DNA of 64,000 nt from Candidatus Dojkabacteria bacterium (lineage in GTDB: Bacteria; Patescibacteriota; Dojkabacteria; J137), in the NCBI GenBank assembly GCA_030950485.1, contig JAUZRK010000005.1, positions 4,449 through 68,448 of the forward strand. The letters are read 5' to 3'. A program made the position numbers and the translations under genes. The stretch's first letter is position 1, and every line of letters begins with the position of its first letter. Below are positions 1 through 9,380 of the stretch, one piece after another. Below the pieces are notes generated by a model that was not told the DNA's origin, did no database searches, and saw only the letters and a list, made by a program, of their open reading frames with translations.

Positions 1-2
1 AC

Positions 3-305
3 GATCTTTATCCAATAGTTCACAGAGCACATATTTTTTCACCTAAGGTAGTTGAATTTAGAAGAATAAATGGTATTGACTTAGAAAAAGAATTAGAGAA
101 TCCAAAAGGATATGTATATCACGGAACACCAAGAAGCAAGATAACTAACCAGATACCCGATAGTTGGATAGATAGTATGCAAGAAAAGGGATTTATTCCT
201 TCTGATGATGGGGCTGTTCATGCTTGGATTGGAACACCACTGAGAGCTCTTGGTATTGCTGATACCAACCATGTTTTTCAACCAACATATAGAATTAAAT
301 TAGAT
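3..305 (+). CDS. 3'-terminal fragment of an upstream gene (about 100 codons, no start in the window); hypothetical
   Basis: I translated frame 3 myself and it is open from the window edge to a TAA at 303-305: ...GYVYHGTPRSKITNQIPDSWIDSMQEKGFIPSDDGAVHAWIGTPLRALGIADTNHVFQPTYRIKLD*. It is absent from the ORF track because it has no long Met-initiated segment. Confidence 0.35.
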
Positions 306-320
306 TAATTACCAGACAAT

Positions 321-551
321 ATGGAAGTAGAGACAAAAGGTAAAGAGATTGGCCATGTAATTATACAGCTACCGTTAACTAAGAGTGGGCAATTTGATAG
401 TAAGAATAAAATTGGTACGCGATTTAGAGATGACTATGAAACTATTCCCAGTTTCGCAGTTGAAGTTTACTTTGGGGAGATAGGAGTATACGTACCTCTT
501 AACCAGTATAAAGAACTAAGGGCTAAATATTATAAGTTTATCTCCGATTAG
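321..551 (+). CDS. Small hypothetical protein (76 aa) immediately downstream of the truncated ORF
   Basis: ORF track. It lies 15 bp after the stop of the preceding ORF on the same strand. No recognisable motif. Confidence 0.3.
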   Translation: MEVETKGKEIGHVIIQLPLTKSGQFDSKNKIGTRFRDDYETIPSFAVEVYFGEIGVYVPLNQYKELRAKYYKFISD

Positions 552-582
552 CTAGGCTTCCTGTGGTTCACTTGGATCTCCA

Positions 583-987
583 TCAAGTACTTCTGCTGGT
601 ATATGAATCTTTAAGCAGTTCATTTTCTTGCTCAGCTACACCATTGATTCTACCTATTCTATTCCTAACATAATCTTTAGTATGCTTGTCACTATGCTTA
701 GAAACTTCTTCAAATTTAGCCAGATTTGCTTTTAACTGCATCTTTCTATCATCATTATTAGGTTGCATTGTACAAAGAAAAGCCAGTTGTTCAATATTTG
801 CCTCTAACGCCTGTAGTGTATTTGGAGCATTTTCAATTGCATTGTTCCATTTCTGTCTAAACCTATAACCAGCACTTCTATGATTTTTATCTATTTGGTT
901 CTCTTGTCTTGAGAGTTGGAAATCTGATAATCTTTCTTTCCTTCTTGTCGCTCTGTTTCTGCTAATTATGTTGCTGTATTTTTCCAT
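583..987 (-). CDS. Hypothetical basic (K/R-rich) protein, 134 aa
   Basis: ORF track. The protein is highly basic and the region is bounded by a terminator-like hairpin (1017-1045). No motif I can name with confidence. Confidence 0.35.
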   Translation of the reverse strand: MEKYSNIISRNRATRRKERLSDFQLSRQENQIDKNHRSAGYRFRQKWNNAIENAPNTLQALEANIEQLAFLCTMQPNNDDRKMQLKANLAKFEEVSKHSDKHTKDYVRNRIGRINGVAEQENELLKDSYTSRST

Positions 988-1016
988 TACAAAAAGCTAA
1001 ATATTGAAATATAAAA

Positions 1017-1045
1017 TAAGGGAGCGGAAAGCACTCCCTTATAAT
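1017..1045 (-). terminator. Rho-independent terminator of the fasciclin gene
   Basis: Minus-strand hairpin AAGGGAGTGCTTTCCGCTCCCTT followed by ATTTTATATTT, directly after the stop at 1054. Confidence 0.5.
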
Positions 1046-1053
1046 TTAAAACT

Positions 1054-2046
1054 TTATGGTAAAAGTACAGTATCGATTACATGAACAACACCATTTGAAG
1101 TCTTAACATCTGCAAGACTAACCATAGCTCTGTTTTGATTTCCAACGATAAACACACCTTCATCAGTAATATCTACAGTCAATGTTTCTCCATTTAAAGT
1201 AGTAATTACTTGCACATTAGTAAGCTCATCTGAGAAAACTTCATTTGCAATTACATGATATGTTAAAACATTTTGAAGACTCTCTATATTTTCTGGTAAC
1301 AACAATGTTGCTACGCTATCAGAAATCTCAGCAAATGCATCGTTTGTAGGTGCAAAAACTGTATAGCTTGCGCTAGGATCAGCTAAAGTACTATCTAATT
1401 GAGCTGCAACTACAGCATCAACTAATGTAGATAATGTTGGAGTAGCAATTGCAGTATCAACAACAGTTCCAAATTGACCTGGAACTAATACGCTATCTAT
1501 AATATGAACAACTCCATTAGAAGTCTCTATATCAGCAGTTAGTACCATTGCATTATTAATATATACAACACCATCTATAATTCTAACTCTTAGAGTTTCT
1601 CCATTTAGAGACTCTACTATTTGTCCATCTCTTAGATCTGATGAAAGAACTTCAGAGTTCACTACATGGTAACCAAGTACATCTTGTAGTTGAGCCATAT
1701 TCTCTGTTAATAGTAATGTATCTACTGTTGGTTGAATTAAAGCAAACGCATTGTTTGTAGGTGCGAATACTGTGTAACTTGCATTAGGATTTGAAAGTGT
1801 ATCTACAAGCTCAGCTGCAGTTACAGCTGCTACCAATGTTGATAAATTATCCGTTGCTACTGCTGTTTCTACAATATTTGGATCTACCTCTGTATTATCC
1901 ATTTCCTCCTGAACCATTTCTGTATCACTTTCCTCATTAGCATCTTCATCACTTTCATTTAAAGCATAAAAGCTGATTGCTGCTACGAAAACTATTGCCA
2001 GTAATCCAAAGAAGTAAATAACTAGCTTATTTGACTTATTCTCCAT
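1054..2046 (-). CDS. Secreted/membrane-anchored protein with two tandem fasciclin (FAS1) domains
   Basis: N-terminal TM/signal segment. Two repeats each carry the FAS1 signatures: 'TVFAPTN(N/D)AF...LLL' near the repeat start and '...NGVVH(I/V)ID.VLLP' at its end. Confidence 0.8.
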   Translation of the reverse strand: MENKSNKLVIYFFGLLAIVFVAAISFYALNESDEDANEESDTEMVQEEMDNTEVDPNIVETAVATDNLSTLVAAVTAAELVDTLSNPNASYTVFAPTNNAFALIQPTVDTLLLTENMAQLQDVLGYHVVNSEVLSSDLRDGQIVESLNGETLRVRIIDGVVYINNAMVLTADIETSNGVVHIIDSVLVPGQFGTVVDTAIATPTLSTLVDAVVAAQLDSTLADPSASYTVFAPTNDAFAEISDSVATLLLPENIESLQNVLTYHVIANEVFSDELTNVQVITTLNGETLTVDITDEGVFIVGNQNRAMVSLADVKTSNGVVHVIDTVLLP

Positions 2047-2129
2047 ATAATTAAACTAATAAATAAATAATATAAATATTCGAAACATATTTTAGTTTCA
2101 TAATTTAAGTAGAAGTTAGTGTACAAATC

Positions 2130-2654
2130 TTGAAAATTTTTAGAAAGAAGAATGAGATAATTGAGTTAGAAAGGCTTTTTGATAAGTACTTTACAGATAT
2201 TTATAAATTTTTTACTTTTAAAGTACAAAATAAAAATATTGCTGAAGATTTAACTAGCGAGACTTTTTTACGGCTGGCTGAAATTATAAAAAATAATACT
2301 AAAATAAATAATAATAAAGCTTTTATTTACGGTATTGCAAAGAATGTTTTTCTTGAGTGGTTAAAGACTAAATATAAACTTAATTCATTTAATGACATTG
2401 AAAATATAGACTTCTATAATTATGCAAATGGTTTTATAAACTCCTACGAAAAAAGTACTGAACTAGAAGAAATAGTAAAAAGACTTATAAAAAAGCTTCC
2501 AAAGAAACAAATGGAAATTTTGAATTATCGAATAAATGAAAAACTAACTCTAAAAGAGGTTAGAGAGAAAATTGGAAAAGATTATAATTATGTTAAAGTA
2601 ACTCAGAGAAGAGCGATAAGCAATATTAAAAAGCTTTTAGCTACAGAAACATAA
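2130..2654 (+). CDS. Sigma-70 family (ECF-type) RNA polymerase sigma factor
   Basis: Region 2-like 'ETFLRLAEIIKNN...FLEWL' and region 4 HTH 'LTLKEVREKIG...VTQRRAISNIKKLL'. About 170 aa, typical of ECF sigmas. Confidence 0.65.
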   Translation: MKIFRKKNEIIELERLFDKYFTDIYKFFTFKVQNKNIAEDLTSETFLRLAEIIKNNTKINNNKAFIYGIAKNVFLEWLKTKYKLNSFNDIENIDFYNYANGFINSYEKSTELEEIVKRLIKKLPKKQMEILNYRINEKLTLKEVREKIGKDYNYVKVTQRRAISNIKKLLATET

Positions 2655-2683
2655 ATGTACACTATTAATCACTTATATAATAA

Positions 2684-3505
2684 ATGAATAAAATAGATTT
2701 AAAAAAAGAAATAAATTTAATAGATTTTGAAGAGAATAAAAATTTTAAAAAATCTCTTCGAAAAAAATTTATTAAAAATGCTACTCCAACAGAAAGTAAT
2801 ATATTTTCTAAGATTCTATTAAGTCGACTAATATTAATACCTTTACTTTCGCTTGTAATTATCTTTACTGCGATTTTAATTTCTATCTCTACTGATAAAG
2901 ATAATATCAATTTAATAGAAACTAGTTATGCAGATATGTCTCAAGCTTCATTCATGCCTTTATATTATATTGAAAAATTTGATGAATATTCACAATCTAA
3001 TCTTCATCACCAAATGAACCTTGCGAGACTTCCACTTAATTACAACGAGAAGGATAGTTTCAATTTAGAGTCAGTTATTGAAATTGAAAAAGAAGAAGCG
3101 TTTTTAGATTGTCCAGAGGCTCTTCCTATAAGTGATTTTATTAATAAAATTACGGTTGTAGAAAAATATAAAAAGGGTAGTCCTAAAGATTATTCTTTTA
3201 GTATGAAAGTTGATTCTTCAAATGTAGATGATAAGATTTCTTATGAATATAAAGATGGTACTCTAATCTATAAGAACAATGAAACTGAGGAGAAAGTAGA
3301 GGATGAGAGCTTGAATTTACTAACTACCGAAAAGCCTAGTGAAGATTTTTTAGGTAAAGATGAATTCATAAAAATGTTGAGATGTAATGGAGAAGAGTCA
3401 GAAATCAACTATAAATTTGAGGAAAAGGATAGCGAAACTCTTCTTACGGCAAAGAGAAGAGATAAAACTCTTTTTACAATTAAAACTATTCAAAAATCAA
3501 TTTAG
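2684..3505 (+). CDS. Membrane protein, candidate anti-sigma factor partner of the upstream sigma factor
   Basis: Immediately downstream on the same strand. Single TM (LILIPLLSLVIIFTAILISI) after a cytoplasmic N-terminus. Assignment is by context only. Confidence 0.4.
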   Translation: MNKIDLKKEINLIDFEENKNFKKSLRKKFIKNATPTESNIFSKILLSRLILIPLLSLVIIFTAILISISTDKDNINLIETSYADMSQASFMPLYYIEKFDEYSQSNLHHQMNLARLPLNYNEKDSFNLESVIEIEKEEAFLDCPEALPISDFINKITVVEKYKKGSPKDYSFSMKVDSSNVDDKISYEYKDGTLIYKNNETEEKVEDESLNLLTTEKPSEDFLGKDEFIKMLRCNGEESEINYKFEEKDSETLLTAKRRDKTLFTIKTIQKSI

Positions 3506-3598
3506 ACGAAATATATGAAAATTACTGTTCTTGCAGATGTATGTATAGACAATAACAGAGTAGAGGGCATTAGCTATAAATATTTCGGAGGTCCATGA

Positions 3599-4387
3599 AT
3601 GTATACTCATCTAACCTTAAAAATGTTTCAAGATATTGAATATACAATAGTTACAAATTTCTCTGATGACTTCGTTGAATTCACTAAAGGAGTGTCGTTT
3701 TTATCAAAAGAACCAAACTCTGATAAAACCTTAATGTACCAAAATATTGTAGAAAATGGACGTAGGAAACAAATTGCACAAAATTACGATAGAACTCATT
3801 TTGCAGATCCAATTGAGAAAATTCAAGAAGAGGTAAGAGAATCTGATCTAATTATATTTGCGCCCCTTTCACCTTATTATCAAATTGATCATATCAAGGA
3901 TATTCTTTCAGTTAAAAGTAATACTGCAAAATCTTTACTTTTACCGCAGGGATACTTAAGAAAATTCGATAGTAACGGTAATGTATTAGAAAGAGAATTA
4001 GAAGAAGTAGACTTGCTTTTCCCACTATTTGATTTTGGTATCTTATCTGATGAGGACCTGGAAGACTTAAGTCTTATTCCAGAATGGACAAAAAAACATA
4101 AAATCGGTTTAATAGTTACAAGAGGGAAAGATGGAGCTGACGTATACTATGGAGCTGATCTTTTTGATAATGGTGTGAAATATAATGTTTCAACAACACC
4201 TGTTGAGAATATAAAGGACTCAACTGGTTCAGGCGAAATATTTAGTGCAAGTTTTGCTTATATGTATGTAAAGACTAGAGATACTGGGAAAAGTATAGCC
4301 TTTGGAAATAAAGTAGCAGGTAGATGTTTACTTTACTCTCCTAGAGAGTTAGAAAACATGAATTTAGACAAACTATTTAGAAATTAG
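3599..4387 (+). CDS. PfkB-family carbohydrate/nucleoside kinase-like protein; the 5' part appears cut off by an in-frame TGA (see finding)
   Basis: C-terminal PfkB signature 'DSTGSGEIFSASFAY' (DTxGAGD-type). The upstream in-frame segment 3515-3595 encodes MKITVLADVCIDNNRVEGISYKYFGGP, then TGA. Confidence 0.5.
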   Translation: MYTHLTLKMFQDIEYTIVTNFSDDFVEFTKGVSFLSKEPNSDKTLMYQNIVENGRRKQIAQNYDRTHFADPIEKIQEEVRESDLIIFAPLSPYYQIDHIKDILSVKSNTAKSLLLPQGYLRKFDSNGNVLERELEEVDLLFPLFDFGILSDEDLEDLSLIPEWTKKHKIGLIVTRGKDGADVYYGADLFDNGVKYNVSTTPVENIKDSTGSGEIFSASFAYMYVKTRDTGKSIAFGNKVAGRCLLYSPRELENMNLDKLFRN

Positions 4388-4403
4388 TTTACTATCCTTA
4401 TTT

Positions 4404-5336
4404 TCATTTATACCTAATTTCTGAATCATTATCTTTTCCAAAAACTTCATCTAGTTCTTCTTTGATTACAGCTAGATCATTTTCCTCAGAAAATATTGAT
4501 TTTAGAGTTTTTAGGATAGAAGATAAAAATTCTTCATAATCTTGATCTAATAAAGTAGTAGGAAAGAAATCAATCATATACAGAACTTTATTTATAGACC
4601 TTGCAATGATATCTATCGATTCAAATTGTTCTAGCTCAGATACTGAGTAAGCTAGCTCTAACATATCAATTAGTCGTAGATTCAGCAAGTTTCTATCTAA
4701 AATAAATTCTTCAAATTTAACAGCCAAATCTTTACGCCCTAAAAATAATTTTTCGGCTATTCTTATATTTGTATCAAAATCAGTACCTAGTAAGATTTCT
4801 AATTTTTTAATTATAAAACTAGGTCTTAAATAAAAAGGAGGATTAATAGCTAAATCAATATCACCTGATTGAACTACAAAACTATTATCAACCTCTATCT
4901 CTGGTTTGAAATTATAATTATGCAGCTTGCCATCACCAACCTCATCAAAGATAAAGATGTCACTTTCGTCTGCCAATATATTATATACATAAATTAAGTA
5001 TCTATTCGGATCAGATATATAATTTTGTCTAAAGTTCCTATCAAATATCATCATGCTAATTAATCTAGATGTTGCTACGATAGAAGAAGATACTCCATCT
5101 TTAGCGCACCATAAAAGTTTATCTGCATATTTAGGATCAAGTCCGAGTGATATGTCTAAATCAACTTCTACAAAATCTTGAAGTTCAATTTGAGATTTTG
5201 CATAAGTATCTCTCTGTGCTTCAATACTAATTCTGTCTATCACCTCTGCTCGATATAAACGTTTAAGACTACTAGCTGTACTAGTTGAATCATTACGAGT
5301 AAAACTACTTATTTGTGTGAGTATTTTATTTCTCAT
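4404..5336 (-). CDS. Hypothetical protein, 310 aa
   Basis: ORF track. Acidic, no recognisable motif. Its start abuts the stop of the ABC ATPase gene at 5336. Confidence 0.45.
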   Translation of the reverse strand: MRNKILTQISSFTRNDSTSTASSLKRLYRAEVIDRISIEAQRDTYAKSQIELQDFVEVDLDISLGLDPKYADKLLWCAKDGVSSSIVATSRLISMMIFDRNFRQNYISDPNRYLIYVYNILADESDIFIFDEVGDGKLHNYNFKPEIEVDNSFVVQSGDIDLAINPPFYLRPSFIIKKLEILLGTDFDTNIRIAEKLFLGRKDLAVKFEEFILDRNLLNLRLIDMLELAYSVSELEQFESIDIIARSINKVLYMIDFFPTTLLDQDYEEFLSSILKTLKSIFSEENDLAVIKEELDEVFGKDNDSEIRYK

Positions 5337-6319
5337 TAGCTTTTAAAAATATTTCCAATAATATCCTCCAGACTAACTTCAGACACATCTAAATCATCAA
5401 CTGGGAATTTAGCAAGAACATCTCCGGCTATTTTTGTATGAACTTTCCGATCAACAGATAGAGTAGCACTAAAACCAGCACCATCATAGTCGATTACATC
5501 ACCATACTGACTTAGATCTTTCTTTAATACTTTTTTATTAAATATAAACTTAAGATTCTTATGCGAAGCGTATTCTTTAATAAGATTATCAATTGCACCG
5601 TCAAACACTAACCCTCCTTTATTTATAATAATTAATCGGTCACAAAGCTCTTGTACATCATCCATATAATGACTAGTTAGAAGAATTGTATTTTCATGTT
5701 TTTTATTTAGATCAAGAAAAAATTCTCGAATTTTCTTCTGAACTACTATATCAAGTCCAATAGTTGGTTCGTCAAGAAATACAACTTCAGGTTTATGTAG
5801 AAGAGCTGCTAAAAGTTCACACTTCATTCTCTGACCAAGAGAAAGTTTTCTAACTGGAATATCTAAAATATCTTTAGCATCTAACATTTCTGAAAGATAC
5901 TCAACTTGAGTCTTAAATGTTTTATCATTCATTTCATAAATTTCTTTATTCAAGACAAACCCTTCCATAGCTGGAAGATCCCACCAAAGTTGTGATCTCT
6001 GGCCTAAAACAAGTCCAATCTTTTTAAGAAACTCTTTCTTTCTTTTAAATGGTTTATAACCTAAAACTTCAATGATTCCATCAGATGGATAGAGTATTCC
6101 AGAAAGCATTTTTAAAGTTGTTGTTTTACCAGCACTATTTGGTCCTATAAATCCTACCTTTTCTCCTTTTTCAATAGTAAAACTAATATCATCAACAGCC
6201 TTTATATCAAAGTGCTCACGTTTAAAGAGACTCTTCAAAGTACCTTTTAAACCAGCTTCTTTTTTATACTGTTTAAAGTATCTTTTCAAGTTCTGAACTT
6301 TTACTACTGGCTTCGACAT
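5336..6319 (-). CDS. ABC transporter ATP-binding protein
   Basis: Walker A 'GPNSAGKTTTLKML', ABC signature 'LSLGQRMKCELLAAL', Walker B 'VVFLDEPTIGLD'. Confidence 0.85.
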   Translation of the reverse strand: MSKPVVKVQNLKRYFKQYKKEAGLKGTLKSLFKREHFDIKAVDDISFTIEKGEKVGFIGPNSAGKTTTLKMLSGILYPSDGIIEVLGYKPFKRKKEFLKKIGLVLGQRSQLWWDLPAMEGFVLNKEIYEMNDKTFKTQVEYLSEMLDAKDILDIPVRKLSLGQRMKCELLAALLHKPEVVFLDEPTIGLDIVVQKKIREFFLDLNKKHENTILLTSHYMDDVQELCDRLIIINKGGLVFDGAIDNLIKEYASHKNLKFIFNKKVLKKDLSQYGDVIDYDGAGFSATLSVDRKVHTKIAGDVLAKFPVDDLDVSEVSLEDIIGNIFKS

Positions 6320-6477
6320 TTTGAAATTGTAAGATATTAAATATTAAGATCAGATCAGATTGTAAAGTATAAATTTATTTAGCTATGAAAGACAGTAACT
6401 AAGTAATTACCATGCCTTTTGCTTTTTGTATTTTGTATTTTTCCTTTTTCCTTTTTCTTACTTCTTATGTCTTACTT

Positions 6478-7290
6478 CTACCCAACCCCACTATACTTCT
6501 TCAAACCTTTATCCCAAAGTATTTTCGAAATAATATAGAAAATTACTATCATACAGATCTCAACTAAATACACTTCTAAATAAATTTCCCCATCTCTAAA
6601 AAGTTTAGCTGGATAGAATGATACAAAAGCTACTGGAAGGATTACCATCATAGTTACTCTTAGAATTTTATGTAGAGTTCCAAGTGGAATTCTTGCAAAA
6701 TTTTCAATACTTGTTCCGACTAAATCTCTAAACATATGCGCATTATCAATATAAAAAGATAATGAGATAAGAATCAGGTTAACAAAGTAAATTGCAATGA
6801 AACCTAATATGAATATTATAATTGAGTTCAATGAGACAAGTAAGTTAATGTTCTGAGTTCCACTTAACCCGTAGATCGCGAGTGGGATAACTGTAACGAA
6901 CATCGGAATGATTTGGGGAATGCTAACGCTTTTAAATGTAAGTATAAAATACCGGTTTACTGGTTTAGTAAGAATCATATCTAGCTCTCCAGAAATGAGT
7001 TTTTTTGGAAGTTCTCTAAAATTCTTAAAAAATATTATTACAAATAAATATACATAGATTTGTGAAAATACAAGTAGGAGGATCATATCCTTAAATTCCC
7101 AACCTTGAAATGTATCAATCTTAGAAAACAAAAATTTTAAAGATATTAACTGCCCCATAGTCCAAACTATATTTGCAAGTGCACTCATCATTAGATTAAA
7201 CCTATGACTCATAAGTTCAACTATAGAAACCTTTATAAATAATGAATATAGTTTTAGATATCTTTTAATATTATCCATTAGCTGCGTCAT
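6478..7290 (-). CDS. ABC-2 type transporter permease (polytopic membrane protein)
   Basis: Multiple hydrophobic helices, in an operon with the ATPase. The ATPase-plus-two-permease layout resembles the COG4586/COG4587/COG3694 family. Confidence 0.55.
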   Translation of the reverse strand: MTQLMDNIKRYLKLYSLFIKVSIVELMSHRFNLMMSALANIVWTMGQLISLKFLFSKIDTFQGWEFKDMILLLVFSQIYVYLFVIIFFKNFRELPKKLISGELDMILTKPVNRYFILTFKSVSIPQIIPMFVTVIPLAIYGLSGTQNINLLVSLNSIIIFILGFIAIYFVNLILISLSFYIDNAHMFRDLVGTSIENFARIPLGTLHKILRVTMMVILPVAFVSFYPAKLFRDGEIYLEVYLVEICMIVIFYIISKILWDKGLKKYSGVG

Positions 7291-8050
7291 AACTTTTTAA
7301 ACCTTTTTGAAAAGTGAATTGTGCAAGAATGAAAAATATAACAAACCAAATTACTGTAACAATAAGTCCTTGATATATATCTTTTTGCTCAAGTTGTCCT
7401 TGATAAATTTGAAGCTGAAATGCTCCCTGAAAATACGCTGGTGTATAACTTACAATATTTTGAATAGTGTTTGAAAAGAAATATATAGGTATTAAAGCTC
7501 CATTTATAATATCAAAAAACAAATCTACAACTGTCAAAGTATGACCGATTTCTCTTATCCAGAATGAAAGGGAACCCAGAAACCACATAAATGTATGCCA
7601 CATAAACTGACTTAGTACAAGTGAAATTAAAAAGTAAATGAAGTTAACTCCTGAGCTTGGGGCGAAAATATCTGGTCTAATTATCGCCGCTATTATAATC
7701 AAAATTGATGGTACTAATGTCCTTATAAATAGTATCGTAAAAATACTCATTATCTTAGTATATGGATAATAGGTCGGTTTAACTAAGAATGAATTAAGCT
7801 CCCCTTTTTGTATTCCATCAGAAATCCAATTCGCGATTTTACCCGTTCTTGTTGGTTTAAAAATAGAATAAAAAATGATGAAGTAGGCAAGAAGCATTTT
7901 TTCTTCACCTGGATTAGATGCAGTTAATCTCCATAGATAAAACATAACTAGTGCGTAAGTTACGTAATAAAACCAACTTACAAGCATATCGAATCTATAT
8001 GTAGAGATTAACGCAAAGTTCATTGTAACTAAGCGATAATATTTTTTCAC
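7271..8050 (-). CDS. ABC-2 type transporter permease, second subunit
   Basis: Polytopic membrane protein overlapping the downstream permease by 20 bp; same operon. Confidence 0.55.
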   Translation of the reverse strand: MKKYYRLVTMNFALISTYRFDMLVSWFYYVTYALVMFYLWRLTASNPGEEKMLLAYFIIFYSIFKPTRTGKIANWISDGIQKGELNSFLVKPTYYPYTKIMSIFTILFIRTLVPSILIIIAAIIRPDIFAPSSGVNFIYFLISLVLSQFMWHTFMWFLGSLSFWIREIGHTLTVVDLFFDIINGALIPIYFFSNTIQNIVSYTPAYFQGAFQLQIYQGQLEQKDIYQGLIVTVIWFVIFFILAQFTFQKGLKSYDAANG

Positions 8051-8105
8051 AGACTGTGTTTTTAATGGGAATTAGGCATTGTAGCAGCTATTATTAGAGA
8101 GACAA

Positions 8106-8741
8106 CTATAAATTAAAGAAGAGACTGAAAAAGTCTAAAATTATAGATAAAAAACTCTTGCTTAAACCGTTTATACCTATTAGACCTGTAGGATTTGCTT
8201 TTATACTGTAGTCTAGTGCTTCATCTATAGATAAACCTTGATCATCAATTTTAGTTGAAGGTAATTTAACTTCCTCAGGTTCAATATACATAATACTGCT
8301 ATTTGAAAAATCTTCTCCCCTTCCATTCATTGATTCAGGCATAATTGAACTTGCAGTTGAATCTTCTATAATATTTTCGTCATATAATCGATAAAGCATA
8401 TCGCCATCTTCACTATAAACCTCATTATTTATTTCATTCCCTGCGAATGGATTTTCAAGAGACGGAAGATCCATATTTAAGCCATTAACAAAAGTATTTA
8501 CATCTTCTTTCACTACTTCATCATTTATCACTGTTCCATCCTGTGAACTTAATGAAAACGGTAATGCTACAAATAAAACTGCAAAAACTCCAATAATACT
8601 AAATTTGAAGAAATTAGTATTAAATAAATCATTTGATTTAGTTTCAGAAACTCTTCCAAAAACTTTCATAAACACTTTATCCTCCTGTTTCTCTGTCGGC
8701 TCTAAATCCTGTCTATATTGTTTTAATAATTCTTTAATCAT
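8106..8741 (-). CDS. Membrane protein, candidate anti-sigma factor
   Basis: Directly downstream of the ECF sigma factor gene. Central TM (FKFSIIGVFAVLFVALPF) with a short cytoplasmic N-terminus. Confidence 0.4.
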   Translation of the reverse strand: MIKELLKQYRQDLEPTEKQEDKVFMKVFGRVSETKSNDLFNTNFFKFSIIGVFAVLFVALPFSLSSQDGTVINDEVVKEDVNTFVNGLNMDLPSLENPFAGNEINNEVYSEDGDMLYRLYDENIIEDSTASSIMPESMNGRGEDFSNSSIMYIEPEEVKLPSTKIDDQGLSIDEALDYSIKANPTGLIGINGLSKSFLSIILDFFSLFFNL

Positions 8742-8828
8742 TTGATTAGAACTTATTATTTATTTCTAGCTATAGTAATTTTTTGTACTTATAACTTTAG
8801 CTACCTAATTACTACAAGTTGCTATTAA

Positions 8829-9380
8829 TTACTTTTTATTCTCTATTGCCAACTCCTTAGCCTTCTTAATCGCTCTATTTTGTAATACTTTTACATTTCC
8901 AACTGTTGTCTCCATAATTTTTGCCGTTTCTTTAAGAGAGTAGTTTAACAAAAATCTTAACTCTAATACTTCTTTATATCTTGGTTTTAATGATCCAAGT
9001 AATGCCTTTATTATTTTCTCATTTTCGACTTTCGACTTTTGACTTTCATTGTCTTCTGTTTCATTATTCTCGTCTCTCAAGTAATCTAAATTTTCATCAT
9101 CAACCAAAGCTGTTTTGTCTTTACTCTTATACCAATCATAAACAAGATGTTTTCCAATCGTATACAACCACGATTTAAAACTTGAATTTCCCTTAAAGTT
9201 CTCTAACTTCTCAAATGCTCTTAGAAAGCTCTCAGACACTATATCTTCAGCTCTTTCATTTGTATTGACCTTGTGTCTTACAAAAATATATAGGCTCTTA
9301 AAGTGCTCTCTATAAAGTTTTTCACGAGATTTTGAATCTCCATTTTTTGCTTTTTCAATAACTCTCTTTTCGAAGAGCAT
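8829..9380 (-). CDS. ECF-type sigma-70 family sigma factor
   Basis: Region 2 'AEDIVSESFLRAFEKLENFKG...FKSWLYTIGKHLVYDWYK' and region 4 'LKETAKIMETTVGNVKVLQNRAIKKAKEL'. Confidence 0.75.
   Translation of the reverse strand: MLFEKRVIEKAKNGDSKSREKLYREHFKSLYIFVRHKVNTNERAEDIVSESFLRAFEKLENFKGNSSFKSWLYTIGKHLVYDWYKSKDKTALVDDENLDYLRDENNETEDNESQKSKVENEKIIKALLGSLKPRYKEVLELRFLLNYSLKETAKIMETTVGNVKVLQNRAIKKAKELAIENKK

Noticed and set aside
686-868. Antisense/overlapping short ORFs from the track (686-868, 8981-9178, 11915-12118, 17034-17231, 18842-19027, 24668-24913, 25898-26086, 27091-27285, 29608-29886, 30681-31043, 34870-35052, 35260-35442, 37462-37761, 41150-41371, 41898-42215, 48258-48467, 49983-50222, 51504-51920, 57295-57579, 60158-60370, 2665-2910, 32035-32238, 32404-32613, 93-281)
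   Set aside because: Each lies entirely within, and antisense to or out of frame with, a much longer ORF with clear family signatures, or in non-coding spacer without start context. Low-complexity translations typical of chance ORFs in AT-rich DNA.
583-987. IS-element transposase N-terminal fragment
   Set aside because: A basic, possibly HTH-like protein beside a truncated gene made me think of an IS OrfA. I see no terminal inverted repeats, no DDE-domain partner ORF, and no convincing match to IS3/IS256/IS200-605 N-termini.
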